A stretch of DNA of 64,000 bases. Source: the human T2T-CHM13v2.0 reference genome, Homo sapiens. Under the pieces are notes generated by a model. It was not told where the DNA came from. It searched no databases and worked only from the letters and a program-made list of their open reading frames with translations. Within the stretch, counting starts at the first letter, position 1. Each line of letters begins with the position of its first letter. The position numbers and the translations under genes are program-made. Where the stretch lies: the NCBI RefSeq assembly GCF_009914755.1, contig NC_060927.1. One strand, given 5' to 3'. Shown in pieces: positions 30,700 to 45,048 of this stretch.

Positions 30700-32470
30700 T
30701 TTTCCCAGATACCATTCGTCTCCTGCCTTCTCTAGAGGTCATTATGCTGAATTTAGATTTACCACTCTCATATAAATCTTCATACTTTTCATATATATAT
30801 GCCCCAAATAGCACCTAGGTCTTTCTTGCATATTTTTCAAATTTGTGATACTGGCATCCATTATTTACATTTTTTATAACAACTTTATTTCTTTGCTCAA
30901 TATTGGTTCTTAGATGTATCCATATTGGTACATGTAGCTTTGGTTCTTTCATTTTTCTATCAGAGTATTTCATTGTATGAATGGCCTGTGTTGTATTTAT
31001 CCAGGTCCTCTTGGTCCTCTTGATGGGCATTTAGGCTGTTGCCCATTTCTCACTATTATTAAGCACACTGAGTGAATGTCTAGTCTGTGCTTCCTTGAGT
31101 GGAATTGCTGGGTTGTAGCATACATGCGTTGTCAGTTTTATCATATAACGTAAAATTACTTTAGAAAGAAATTAATCTAGGCCAGGCATGGTGGCTCACA
31201 CCTGTAATCCCAGCACTTTGGGAAGCCGAGGTGGGTGGATCACCTGAGGTCAGGAGTTTGAGACCAGCCTGGCCAACATGGTGAAACCCTGTCTTTACCA
31301 AAAATACAAAAATTAGCTGGGTGGTTGTTCATGCCTGCAATCTCATCTACTCAGGAGGTTGAAGCAGGAGAATCACTTGAACCTGGAAGGCGAAAGTTGC
31401 AGTGAGCCGAGATCGGCGCCACTGCACTCCAGCCTGGGTGACAGAGCAAGACTCTCTCAAAAAAAAAAAAAAAAAAAAAAATTAATTTACACTCCAAACA
31501 AGAGTTTGTGAGAATTTCTGCAGCTTCACATTTTGGACAGCACTTGGTCTGTTCAGTTTTTGTTTTGCCAGTGTAATGGGCATTAAATGATAACTTACTA
31601 TTTTAAATTCACATTTCTCTAATTACTTGTGAGGTTAAGCACCTTTTCATGTTTTGTTTTGTCTGTTTTTTGCTATTTGATTTCTGTACCTGTGAACTTC
31701 AGGTTTACATTCGTTTCTATTTGGATAGTTTGTCTTTTCTTACAGATAGAAATTGTTAATACATTCTAGATATTATCTTTTCCCAATGTGTGGCTTTTCT
31801 TTCTTATTTATGGTGTACAGAAGTTTCCATTTTATTGAAGTCGAATTCGTCGATTTTTCTTTTGGGTTTGCACAGTTGGTGTCTTATTTAAGATATATTT
31901 CCCTACCCCAAAGTTGAAAAAATTTTCCATATTTTCTTCTAAGAGTTTTACAGTTTTTTTTCATATTTAGGAATATAATCCATCTGGAATTTTATGTTTT
32001 TAATGTTGTATTAGGTAGAAATCCAGGTTTTAATATATAAATAACCTATTTTCCCAGTAGGACTTACTGATCATTCATTCTTTTCTGATTTATAATGCCA
32101 TCTTCTGTACATAATTTCCTTTAAGCACAAGTCTGTGTTTGGGCTCTCTGTTCTGTTCCACTGGTCTCTTTGTCTATCTCTGTGCCCATACCACACCTAT
32201 AGTTTTACTGTAAGCCTTGAGCCTGTAAGGCAAGTCTCCCACTTTGTTCTTTTCCAAAATTGTTTTAGTCTTCTAAATGAATTTCAGAATCAGTTTGTTG
32301 AATTAAACAAGAATAGCAATAAAAAAACAAAATAACTGTGTGGGAATTTTGATTAAAAGTCTATTGAACTCATAGGTTAGTTTGAGAGAATTTGACATCT
32401 TTATGATTGAACCTGTCTATGGACATGGTATAGCTAGTTCTCCATTTGTTTATGTCTTTTAAATTGCCTT
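30700..32470 (-). mobile_element. Old antisense L1M (L1ME-like) in intron 4, interrupted by an Alu
   Basis: Reverse-strand L1 motifs (GGAATTGCTGGGTTGTAG, GAGGTTAAGCACCTTTTCATGT, TTCTGTTCCACTGGTC). Confidence 0.75.
31180..31481 (+). mobile_element. AluSx-like element
   Basis: Full dimer with an A tail at ~31459-31481. TSD-like AAATTAAT(C/T)TA on both sides. Confidence 0.93.
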
Positions 32471-35056
32471 ATAGAGTAGTGCTACTTAAATGTGGTCTAC
32501 AGAGTAGCAGCATTTTAATCACCTGGTTACCTACCCCAGGCCTACTGAATCATAGTCTCAAATAGAGCATCTGTTAGATATGTGCTTGAAAGGAGACTTC
32601 TGGGCTGGGTGGGCCTGTGTGGTCTTTCCCAGTCCCATTGGGTTGAGGTTTCCTGGAAGAATGTCAGAGACTTGTATTGGACCTGCACATTTGGGGGTCT
32701 GCAGAACAGTTTCTTTCACCTTTAGAGAATTCACTCTGAAACTCCAGACTGGACAAGGTCTCTGTGTTAGTTACTGTTGTTTTTGCACCACTCATTTCCT
32801 TTGTAACATATATGGAAAACCTTAATTAAATCATTATTTGTATAATGTATTTGTTCATTGTCTGTATTCCCCAATAGACAGTCATGAAGCAGAACCTTGT
32901 CTGGTTTTACTTATCATTGCCAGGCTATGGAAGGCCCTCAGTTAATATTTATAAACTAGATGGATGGATGAAGAAGGCAGACAGGCAGGCAATATGTCCT
33001 AGAAAATATTATATGAGAAGAGTCAAAGTGGGCTCTGGCAAGAACACCTGCTGTCATTAAGCCTCTCACCCAACAGCATTGATTAATTCCAGGATCCCTT
33101 TGCAATATCCATATTATCCATTCATTTGAACACCAAGGGCAGGCAAGGGCAGTTTGTGTGCATCCTCATCGGTATAGACCATCCTGCCAGCTACTTGGTT
33201 ACTCAAGATGAAAGTTCATGGGCAAATGAACCCATGGTTCTAGTTTTCTATTCAGATTGCATCTCTGTCTGTATCATCCATGTGGTGTTGAATCCTGTAT
33301 CCTAAAAGTACTCAAATACTAGTGGGACACGCACCCCTTCATACAGTTATACTTTTGTCAGACACCTCTAATTCCTCTTTGCCCCTGAGCTGAGATTAGA
33401 ATATAGAGATTGTGTGAGATGTTCATATCATCCTATGAAAAGCTTTTGAGCCACATAAGTTTGAGAATGGATGAAAGCTATGTCCTTCAGTGAGAATATC
33501 CATTTACCTTTGCTGAACCCAAATTTCCAAACTTATTTTCCTGTGGAATAAATTAGAATCCCTTCCCTCTCTCTGCCCCTGCCCCAGTGTACTCCACCCC
33601 CTGAATGCTAGCATTCCACTAAATGCAGTCTGGGAAACATTTTGCTAGGAATAAGTTCTTCCTTAAATTCAGCCAAAAGTTGATTTCTGGGGCTTTGACA
33701 GAGCATACCTAATTCCATTTCTGTGTGACAGTACTCTTCAAGTATTGGATCAAGCTTCCTCAAAAACATTTCTTCACCTCTCTTTGTTGTTTCCTTGTGT
33801 GGCTGGTTTGGTGGGCTCCAGTTGTCCTTTTCACACTGCCTCCAACTCCAGGGACTTCAGTCAGGGCCACATTGCTCAGTCAAAGTAGACTGCCTAGGCT
33901 GTCTGCTATTATAGTTCATTCATTTGACAAACATCTGAGCTCCTGGTACACATAAGAAAAACACGGTGTCTTATTTAGGGGAAGTAAAGATGGAAGATGA
34001 GGTTCTAGTCTCTAGAAGCAGAGTTGAGACAAGCCCACAGATTACCTTAAAATCATCCACAAGGCACTACTTCTCTGCCTGCATCTGGCCATGGCTTTGC
34101 CTTGACCATGGGCACCTGGCCTGCCCACTCCCCATCTTGAAGTGTCAATTCCCTTTTCAGATGTAATTAAAATTGCTGGCTTAGCCCACGAGAGAAGTTC
34201 AGGCCCTACATCAGTCCTGGATTCTGACTCTTATGGGGGTCCTACAGGGCCAGGGATGCTTGTCTTCCTAATGTCAGACTTCAAAATTAGGCCATCCTCG
34301 TTTCCCTTAGTAACCCATTATGCATCTGGCATCCGTGCATTTATCTAAATGTGTCTGCAGTTCTAAATTTTGAGCCTGTACCCTCTGGTGGGATTGAATG
34401 CTATTAAGTGCATAACCAATATTGTGGCATCAGATGGACATTGATTCATCTTCACTTCCCTTTCTCAAGCCCACAAATCCCATTAGTCCAGGGTTTGGGG
34501 AGCAACTCCATTCTTGCTGTGTATACAATCAAAACTGTTTTTGCACGGTGTCCATTCAAAAAACACATGTTGAGCACATATTGTGTGCCGGGCCCAAATT
34601 AAGCTCTAAGGGTATTCAGTTCTATTTATTCAGAAGGATGAGGCCTTGTTTTTCTGGTTTATCTTCACTGGAGGAGTTTTGTTTTTAGTGTTTATTTTTG
34701 AGTCACGTGAATGTTTTAATTGATTTTCTTTGGACATGAGATTTGGGATCAGAGGAACTAGAGTGAAGGTTGGTTCTTTCTGTGGGACTGGGGTGACTCC
34801 CTGCCTCTCTCCCAGGCCTATCTTCCCCTCTGCACATTACCCTCCTCCACACTGGCCTTCTTTCTGTTCTTTAGATGTACGGGCCTTGTCCCAGGGTCAG
34901 TCTCTTGGCTTTTGCTTTTCCTTTTGCTAGAAGATTTCTCACCAGATCCTGTGTGTCTGGCTCCTTCTTATCATTGAGTCTTAATTCAAATGTCAGTGTC
35001 ATATGGGGAGCCCTCCTTGACCATGCCCATGGAATCCACACCCCAGTCCCTCTCAA

Positions 35057-35097
35057 CCCCATCACTCTTTCTTAATGCCCCATCACTCTTTCTTAAT
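35057..35097. repeat. 21-bp tandem duplication inside an L2 remnant
   Basis: CCCCATCACTCTTTCTTAAT(G) twice. L2 3' end signature GTGCTCAATAAATATTTGTTGAA at ~35222. Confidence 0.85.
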
Positions 35098-38000
35098 AGT
35101 TCTTATCTGAAATCCTTGTATATTTATTTGATTATTCTCTCTTTCTCCATCAGAATTTAAGTTCCATGCTGGCAAGGACGATGTCTGTTTTGTTCATTAT
35201 TGTCTTGCCAGCACATTCTAGGTGCTCAATAAATATTTGTTGAAATGAGTGAATGGAAGACTGAATGAATGAATGAATATTTCTTACCCCCTTGGAGCTC
35301 AGTGTCCACATCTGTAAATTGGAAATGATAACACCCACCTGAACACCCACCTGCAAGGCTGAGAAGAGAATTGAATAAGACTTCTCCTGTAGGAAGCCCA
35401 GCCCATCTTAAGCTCTTTGGAAAGGTTTTAATGTGTAAGAAGATTTTTTGCAATTGGTTCTCCCATATGTGAAATGGGGTTAACCCTGTTCCTTGCCTTA
35501 CCAACCTCTCCAGGCTGCTGTGAGGATTAAATGAAATAACACATTCTGAGAACTTTGATGGGTCATAAGTGGGGTGCCTGTGTTAGTTCTGGCTACTGGA
35601 GGCACAGGGTCCCTTCCAGCCTCATCTCTACAGGTACAGAGTCATGGTTGGGCCCAAGCTGCCAAGGCCTGTGCACAGTTGCTCTGTTTGCCTACAGTAG
35701 CCTTCATGCCTCCTGATTCAGCATCAGAAGTGCCCTTGGGACCCTTTCCTAGGTCAGCACTGCATGCTGTGTAGCAACATCCAGTTCTGCTAGTTTGGAT
35801 TACCTGGCCCCACCATACCCCCAACACATTACCCCGTGGCTAAAGTGTAGATGTTAGCGGCAAGTTCTAGAGCCCAGTTTAAGCAGCTGCCCCTTCCTCC
35901 TGTCAAGTGTGTGACCCTGGGCAACCTGAAGAGCCTCTGCCTGCTCCTCTGAATATGGGATGATGTATGGTAAACGTACCCACCCCTTAGGCTTGTCAAG
36001 AGCATGGAATGAGATGATGCTTACAAAGCTCCTAGCATGTGGTGAATGCTAATAAATAGTAGCTGTTTTTACACAGGAGACTTTATCCAGATCTCTGCAA
36101 GTCTATGTGGATTCTTTTTAAGATTCTTTAGAGAAGGCTCATCAAGCAAGGCCTTGTTTCCCACTCACAGTAGGCATGGTGAGCTTTCTTAGTGCATTTT
36201 TTTCTTCACTTAATTGTTCTTTTGACATTTTTCTTAGTAAATACTGGGTGCTGGGCATCTTATAAGTAGCCAGAAAGATGAGTGGTGGGACACTGGCTCT
36301 CCATGAAGAAGCACACAGCCCAGCAGGGGAAGCTGGGAAGTAGGAAAAAAAAAACAAAAAGAGTTTTTGAATTACGAGGTAACAGATATATCTGTAGGAT
36401 GCTTGCAGAGTGAGGCTGGGGAACCCTGGATACCTGGACTTTGGGGAAGGCTACATGGAGTTGGTGATACTTTAGCTGGGTTTTGAAGGATAAATAGAAG
36501 TTCATGCGGTTGGCCATGGAGTGAGTAAATGACATACCAGGTGGAGAGAATAAAAAAAGCAAGAGCACAGAGACCTGAAGTTGTGTGTTGCAGCTTATAG
36601 ATTTTACCCACAATGCTACTGCATTTAGATCCTAGGGGCTAAGGGGAGACTTTACTGAAGAGCAGGCAGGGGCCAGAGCATCTATGCACTCACAGGTCTT
36701 TATTGAGCACCTACTATATGGCAGGTCTCATTGTAGGTTCTGGAATGCAACATGAACAAAACAAAGACTCACCCTTATGGAGCTGAGAGCACCAACAACC
36801 AAATAAGCAGAAAATATTGGATTAAGTTGAGATCAGTTTCCTGAAGAAAAAGTCAGCAGGGTTAGGGGGCAGAAAGTGTTCAAGGGTCAGGGAGGGCCTC
36901 TCTGAGGAGGTGGCATGTCAGCAAGGGAACTGAGAGAAGTGAGGGAGCAAGCCATGTGGAGGTCCCAGGAGCTACAGGGCCGAGGGAGCAGCAGGGGTGG
37001 TGACCCCATAGTGGGAGGCTGTTTGGGGAATGGCAAGGCAGTCAAAGAGCCTGGAGAAGAGCATGAAGGGCCTCTGTACCTTTCTAAAGGGTTTGCAGTG
37101 ATTCTGTGGGATGCCTGCAAATGTTCTATTCCTAGAGTTGTGTGATCAGGCCTGGGGATAAGGCAGCCTCCCCAGGCTGCAGGTGGAGGCCCTGGATGTG
37201 GTCCAGGTGCAGTAACCTAAGGCTCCTTCCTCCGGAGGTGGAAGCTGGGTGGTGGTGCCCTGCACTGTTGGGAAAGACAGGGTGGAAGCACTCTTGCCAT
37301 GCTTGGCCATAGAATACACTGAAGGGAATAAGAGAATGGTCTCTCTGATGTATTAATTCCTCCACAGCCTCCCACTTGCTGTGAGGTCTTCTAATCTCAC
37401 ATGTCCTCAGTGAACTTGTTCTGATGCAGGCAGATGAGCAGCTCTTAATCTGCCTGAACTCTCAAGTCCCCATTTTTTTTTCTAAACAACAGCAACAGAA
37501 GCCAATTTAGCAATAACCCGCGGCACTGGGGCTGCACATAAGTTTTGTCCCCAAATCCTACTTCTGAAAGTTTATTTTGCGATATGACCTCACTAGTTAC
37601 ACAGAACCTGAACATGTCCTCAGCAGCACTGCATGTGATAGTTAGAAAGGACATGTAAAATATTCTTAAATATGATATGTATTAGATAAATTATACAACT
37701 GCTAAAAAAGAATGAGGCAGAAAATGTGTTGACACAGAAAAGCTAACAGTAAGTGAAAAAGGTGAGCTGTAGCATGTTGTATATGATATCGTATGTAATA
37801 TATGTGTTGTATATGCCTTTATAACCATAAACCATGTCTGGCAGAATACACAGAAACTATTAACAGATTACCCAGGAGTGGGACTCGGGGGTAAGTGAGG
37901 TTATAGAGAGAGAGGCTTACTTTTTGCTTTGTACTTTTTTGTATTATTTAAATTAGAAACAATTAAAACTAGGAACATGATTATTTCATAATTTAAAAAA

Positions 38001-39210
38001 TAGGAGCCACGGGGTTAGTGAATAAGCTGTTACGTGTCATAATGAACCCTCCTGTTTGTGTAACGAATCCCATTTACAGTAGTCTGTAGGCAGACATTGT
38101 GAAGAAACTAGTAGTTCTTTCTTTCTCCTATATGCACCTATAGGCCGGCAGAAATATCTAGCCCTGAAAAGTGAAATGAAGCATGCTTTCTGAATGGTTC
38201 ATCATTTACTGTTTCCTTCCAGTGAATGGAAGATTTTAACACAAAGGAGAGTTTGCAGGCAGATGTTGAGAAGAAGCTAGTAGAAGCTTCCACCTTGTTA
38301 ATCTTTATGTATTTATTTAGTTATCAAGTCATTTGTCTTGATATTAGTTCATTTAATTATTTAAATGAATTAATGCCTGTAATGTAGGCAGAAGAAAAAA
38401 ATTCAATTTTACCATTAACTAAACATAATTTTGGAAACGCTGAGGGATTTCCCAGAACCCAAAGCCAGCCTCTTGGCTCCTAGTGGCCCCGAGCAGCCCT
38501 GGTGCCCTGCAAACCCACCCACCAGCTGCCCCACAGAGGATCTCTTCTCTCAAGGAGAGGGCCATTGTTACTCCTCCCCACCAGGGAGGCACTGGGGATC
38601 CTTGATTAGGGTTTGGGGGAGCAGGAGGAGGTCCCATTGAGGACACACACCAGACTTGTGCTGAGTAGGGGCTTGGGCCACATGCAGCACTCTCATGAGA
38701 TTTGCCAATTCACCAAAGCAAACCCAGATCAACACTTTGTTGCTCTAATAGGGTGTTGTGACCTTCTTCTTCTAATTGTTGAATATTTAACTGATGTTAA
38801 AAATGGTGATTATTGTTGTAAGCAATGAAAACACAATAGGCATATAAATGGGATATGTTTGTATGTCAGATTAAATATAACCTATAAATATGTCTCCCCA
38901 GCCCTGCTCTCTAAGAGAGAACTCTGTTCACAATTGAGTCTCCTCCTGCTAGTATTTCCCCGTACTCTTAGTACCACTCCTATTACTCTCCTTTTTGTCC
39001 TGTCTGTCAAAGCATACAAGTTCCCAGGTTCAGAAATTTAATTCTCCTCTTCCGTCAGTTCCCTTTCATAGAAGCAGGTTTTCCAGTGAACACTCGATTT
39101 CTTTAGTGCAAAAGTGATCTGTGTCCTTTTTTGTAGAAAATGTAGGAAGTAGGTTTAAGTAAAAGAAGAAAATACAGCACACAACAGGATTTGGGTTTCC
39201 AAGCTGCTGA

Positions 39211-39655
<445 letters not shown>

Positions 39656-42149
39656 TAAGTGTAAGGGGTGGAGGCCCGAGGGAGAACCCAAGGTCTATTT
39701 GCCCTAAGCCATCAATACCAGGGATGGCTCCTTGCCCAGAACACCTTCCCAGATGGACCAGTTAATGCTTCTGGTGATGATGCCATCCGAATGCTATACT
39801 GAAAGCCCTTCAGCCGAGGATCAAGGTTCTGCTTGTATGCACGGTTGTTGAAATGCTATTTAAAAGTGCCGTGCCATGGTGTGGTGTGGGGACCTAGAGA
39901 CCTGGGCTTTGGGGCCAACAGTAAGAATTTGAATCCTGCTGCTTCCACTTGTTAGTCTTGGGCTTGTTGCTTAAATCTCTCTGCAATTCACTGTCCTTGT
40001 CTGCAAAATGGGAATAATTGTTGTTACAGCACTACTAGTAGTAACTGGGCTTAATAAATACTGAATAGCTGTGGTCTCCTGTTATTATGAGTTCTTGATC
40101 ATTACAGTAAACATATTTGTGTATAAAATTAGCCAGACGGGTATTTGTATTTTTCACATTGGATGTCTTACAGTATAGAACAGGAAGCAGCAACTTACTG
40201 AACTGCAAGAGTTTTGTCTGAGGTTCTTTCTACATCCTGATGGGTGCAGTAGAGAAAAGGAAGTCACATTTGGTTACTAAGCACCTACTGTATACCCTGG
40301 CCCTGCACAGGGCCCTCTAAGCACATGACCTCATTTAACCCATCCACCCAGGGGATAGATGATGTGGTATCAGTATATGAGTTCTCATCTCACACGGGGG
40401 ATTCTGAGGGCATGAGAGATTAAGGGACCTGACCAAAGTGCCTCTCATGGTGGGCCAGAGCCTGAGCTGGTCTGAAACCCAGCCATCTGCATCTCTCTGC
40501 CGTTCCAGGCTTCTTCCTGTGTGTGAAATGTGGTCAGCTGCCTGCTTTATCCCAGGTGCAGAGTCGGACTGCTGTGTGCTGCCTCTCTGCAGCCCTGTGG
40601 ACTCAGGCTCTGGAAGTAAGTTTGTTTTTTTTTTTGTTTTTTTTTTCAGCAGATGGGGAATATATTTCATAGGAAAAGGGAGGAAGGGATGAAGGAAGAA
40701 ACTCATGAGAAATGGCTTCACAGAAGCCTTCAGCATCCAGCAACAACAATGTAAGCCCTGTGGGTTGGGTCCTTCCTGGGTTTCAGAAGGTTTCTTTAGG
40801 AAGTGGCTTTAGAGTCAGGACCCGTCAGGAGCAGAATAACTCGACCAGGTTGTTTTTAATAAAACAATGAGGAAGTATATAAAACTCTCCAGGGTCGCAC
40901 ATGCACACCCAAACACACACATCCCTTGCTTGTGCTTTGCGCTCTTCTCACTAAGGGGCAGATGGAAGACATGCAGGATGGGGGAGAAGCGCCAGAGCTG
41001 GGGCAACCTGACCTTTTCACTTAGGAATTGGGACCCTGAGCAGGTAATGCCGAAGCTCGAGTTTCCTCCTCTGTAGAATGGGTGTAAATAGACAGCACTT
41101 AAAGGTGCAGTTGGCATGAAGTGAGCTGTGGACAGTGTGACATTGCTGGTCAGCAGTAGCTCCTCACAATCCATTCCCCTTCCACAGACCTCCCAACCTC
41201 ACTTCCATTTTAGAGCTGAGGTGGATGAAATGACATTCCAAAAACAGGTGACCACCTGCAGTCTCCCAGTGGGATGCACCCAGGCTGGGACCAGACCCCG
41301 ACTCCCCACTCCAAACTCCTTGTGCAGGGCTGCTCCTGATGCTCTCGCGCCTATCCTGGCCACCACCCATCCGCGACACACAGTGGCTTCTTGCAATCCT
41401 TAATGCAGACCACCTTGGAGGGGCCAGGGCACAGGTGGGCCAGCTTTGCCTGAGCTTTCGGCTGCTCCTTGATGCAGATTTGCTTCCCCTCGGGCACATG
41501 TGGGAAACCTGTAGGGCAGCCGTGACCTGGGCAGCATTTTTAAGCTGCTTGAGTCCTGGGAGGAGGAGTAATGGGCAGGAATCTGAGGGCCTGGACCCCA
41601 GCCATGGGGTGGGGGAGGCCCTTCCCACCACGTGGGATCCACGTTCTGCGAGAGAGAATGGCTGCGTTATGAACCCGTGATGGATTCTTCACAGCTGCGG
41701 CAGTTCCTCCGTCTCTCACCTTCCCCTTATGCACTTTGCCTCCTGACCTGCAGGACCTCTGTTCACTTCTCCCGGTGAGGCCTAAGTTTTGAGGCATTTC
41801 CCTGAGTGCCTGCTCCTCTGGAAAGTCCCCACTTTTAGATTCACTCTCCTCCCCACACTCCCTCCTGCTGCCCTCAGTCTCACCCTCCAGCCACAGAGGG
41901 GCAGCGCAGGCATTAAACTTGGGATCAAGAGACAGGTTCAAGACCAGGCTTTGCCACCTACCGGTTTTGTGATCTCGGACAAGGTAGCTATTTCTGTGGA
42001 GCCTGAGTTTCCTCTGAACAATGGTGTACAAGATAACTACACAAAAGCGCCTGACACGTCTTCCCAAGTGTGTGTTCTGCAGGATGTTAGGAAGTATTGC
42101 CTTGGAAAAGCAGAAACAGGGTTGGGAGGGGGGAGCCCTTCCTTCTTAA

Positions 42150-42872
42150 CTTTTTAGAAAGTTTATTGTAGTTTACATGCCATAAAATGCACTCCTTTTA
42201 AGTGTACAGCTTTGAGTAAATTTACCAAGTGTGAAGCCATCACCACAATATAAGTTTAGAACATTTATATCCTCTAAATAAGAGCTCTCTGCCCATTCAC
42301 CATTAATCTCCATTCCCACCTCCAAGCAACACTCAGCTATTTTTTTTATCTCTGTGAATTTGCCTTGTTTAGACATTGCATATAAATGGAACCATACAAC
42401 TTATGGTCTTTCGTGATTGGCTTCTTTCATGTAGCATAACACTTTTAAGCTTTATCTATGTTGTAGCATGAATCAGTACTTCATTGCTTTTGTAGCTGTA
42501 TAAAATACTGTTGCATGGGTAGACCATATTTTGTGAATCCGTTCATCAGTTGATGGACATTTGGGTTGTTTCTACCTTGGGCTATTACGAATAATGCTGC
42601 TATGAACATTTGTGCACACATTTTTGTTTGAACATATGTTTATTCTCTTGGGCTTATATTCAGGAGAGAAATTGCTGGGTTTTGTGTTTAACTTTTTAAG
42701 AAAGTGCCAAATTGCTTTCCAAAGTGGCTGAACTATTTTGCATTCCCACCAGTAATATACGAGGGTTCCATTTCTCCACATCTTCACCAACATTTGTTAT
42801 TGTCTGACTTTTTGATTATAGCTATCCTAGTAGGTGTGAAGTGGTATTTCTTGTGGTTTTAATTTCCATTTC
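42150..42872 (-). mobile_element. Antisense L1M (L1MB-like) 3' end
   Basis: TCAGTTGATGGACATTTGGGTTGTTTC…GCTATGAACATT. ORF 42572..42793 is an ORF2 remnant. Confidence 0.85.
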
Positions 42873-43092
42873 AATGCGGAACACTTCTCAATAAATTTGA
42901 GAAACATTCAGTTAGATAAAGCTGTACAAATGTATTTGTTTCAGGACTTCTCAGACCCTTTCGTATTCTACTAAGCATTGAACATCTCTAAGGAAGTCTA
43001 GGGTTCAGTATTTTCTCAAATGAGAGCCCAGTGTGACCTGGGAACTCAGGACATTGGAGGATTAGTGTTCTTTGGGAAGCATTAGCCTAGGA

Positions 43093-43307
43093 CAAGGGTC
43101 AGCAAACTACTGGCCAAATCCCAGCTGCTGCCTGTTTTTGTAAATAAAGTTTTATTGGAAGAAAGCCACACCCATTCATTTACAAATGACCTGTGGTTGC
43201 TTTCACCCTGCAGGAATAGAGAATAGTTGGGACAGAGACAGTATGCCTTGCGAGACTGAAGGAATTTACTCCCTTGCCCTTTACAGAAAAAGCTTGCTGA
43301 GCTCTGG
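43093..43307. mobile_element. MER58A-like hAT MITE
   Basis: GGGTCAGCAAACTA…TTTTTGTAAATAAAGTTTTATTGGAA…CCCTTTACAGAAAAAG. Confidence 0.85.
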
Positions 43308-44748
43308 CCTGGGAGTCCCTGGTACACAGTGAGGTGCTCACTTGCTTAGCCTGGGTGGCAGGAGGGGCTGGCCCTGGGGTTGGGGTGGGGACCAAGGAAG
43401 CACTTGTGAGGCTTAGTGTTATTTGAGCTGGTGCTTGAAGGATGGTTAGAATATAGATAACTGGGGAGAATTGGGAAGGATGTTCCCAGCCGAGGGAATC
43501 ACAGGAGTGAATTCTGCAATGTGAGGAAGTGCAGGATGTTTGGGGACTGATGGAGACTGGTGTGTGGCCAAAGAGTAGGATTTTGCAGGGACAGAGGGAA
43601 TTGGAGAGGTAGCTCCAGACCCCTTAGGCCTATGTCGGTCCCTGATTGCACTCCCTGGCTCCCCAGGGTACTGGCTCCACTGACACTCATAATCACACAA
43701 TTCCCCATCTTTCCCAAGACAGGGCAGTGGTTCTGAGCTCTGCCTCTGACATTGAACAGATATGGCTTCAAGATCTGTCCCCACTTTCTGGGCATGTCAC
43801 CTGCCTGAGCCACAGTTTCCTTATCTGTAGAGTGGAAATAATAGCTGTCCTCACCTGAGAAGATGCAGAGAAGGTCAGATCAGATTTTACATGTGGCGTG
43901 GTGAGCAGGTGAGAAATGCAAGCTGTAACGGTCCTTGTTGACACCCTTATACCCCTAGACCGTAAGTTCCCTGAGGGTGGAACAGCCTGCTTATTCATCA
44001 CTGTAGCGTGGACTGAATGAGTGTGTGATGTAGAGGCCTGAAATTCCTGCAGAGGAGGCCTGGCTGAGTCCCTGGCTTGGTTTAGGGGCCCCTGCCGTGG
44101 ACTCTGTCGGAGTCCCCCCGTAAATGTGGAGAGTGCAGGGGACTGTACTTCTTTCTTCCTGGAGAAGTGAGAGCAGACTCCCCAAGGCAGCGGCCAGCTC
44201 CCTTGGCGGGGGCCAGGAAAGCACATTTGTTTTGGTGATGGGCCTTTTTTGGTTTGTGTGCTTGTTGCTTTGGGAGACCAGCAGGGCTATTTATAGCTCA
44301 GCCCCTCAGCGCCAGCTTTTAGGGCGGTCTCCAGGGCCCTGGCAGCACTTTCCTCAGTGGCAGGTTAAAGAAAGGTGATCTGTTTGCCGGCTCCGTGCAC
44401 GACATGAAGATGAGGCCACCCCAGGCTGGGCTGGGACCTATTCCCACATGGCCCTCCTGGGTGCCAGGCTGGAGGGAGTTCTGCTCCAGCTCTGCTCTCT
44501 GGGCAAACCAGCCCTTGTGCTGGGAGCCGGAAGCTTCAGGTGGGAGACTGTTTCCTTCTCTCCAGACTCAGCAGCTGTGTGTGAGCTGCCCAGAGGGAAC
44601 ATGTGTGGGATTCCAGCCACTGTCCTTCGACCATCAGGCACAGGAGAAGGCCTGAGTGAGAGACACCCTCCCAACCTTGGGCTCACTTTCTGGTGTAGCA
44701 GTGGGGAGTGTCAGCATCAGAAGAACTTGGTTTCAACTCTCAATCTGG

Positions 44749-45048
44749 GGGCAGGGCATGGTTGGCTCACACTTGTAATCTCAGCACTTTGGGAAGCCAG
44801 GATAGGAGGATCACTTGAGGTCAGGAGTTCAAGACCAGCCTGGCCAATATGGTGAAACCCTGTCTTTATTAAAAATACAAAAATTAGCCAGGCTTGGTGG
44901 CAGGCACCTGTAGTCCTAGCTACTCAGGAGGCTGAGGCAGGAGAATCACTTGAACCCAGGAGGTGGAGGTTGCAGCGAGCTGAGATTGTACCACTGCACC
45001 CCAGCCTGGGCTATAGAGTGAGACTCTGTCTCAAAATATGTATATATA
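44749..45048 (+). mobile_element. AluS element inserted into a MIR
   Basis: Full dimer with the tail decayed to (TA)n. TSD-like TCAAT(C/T)TGGG. Confidence 0.9.
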
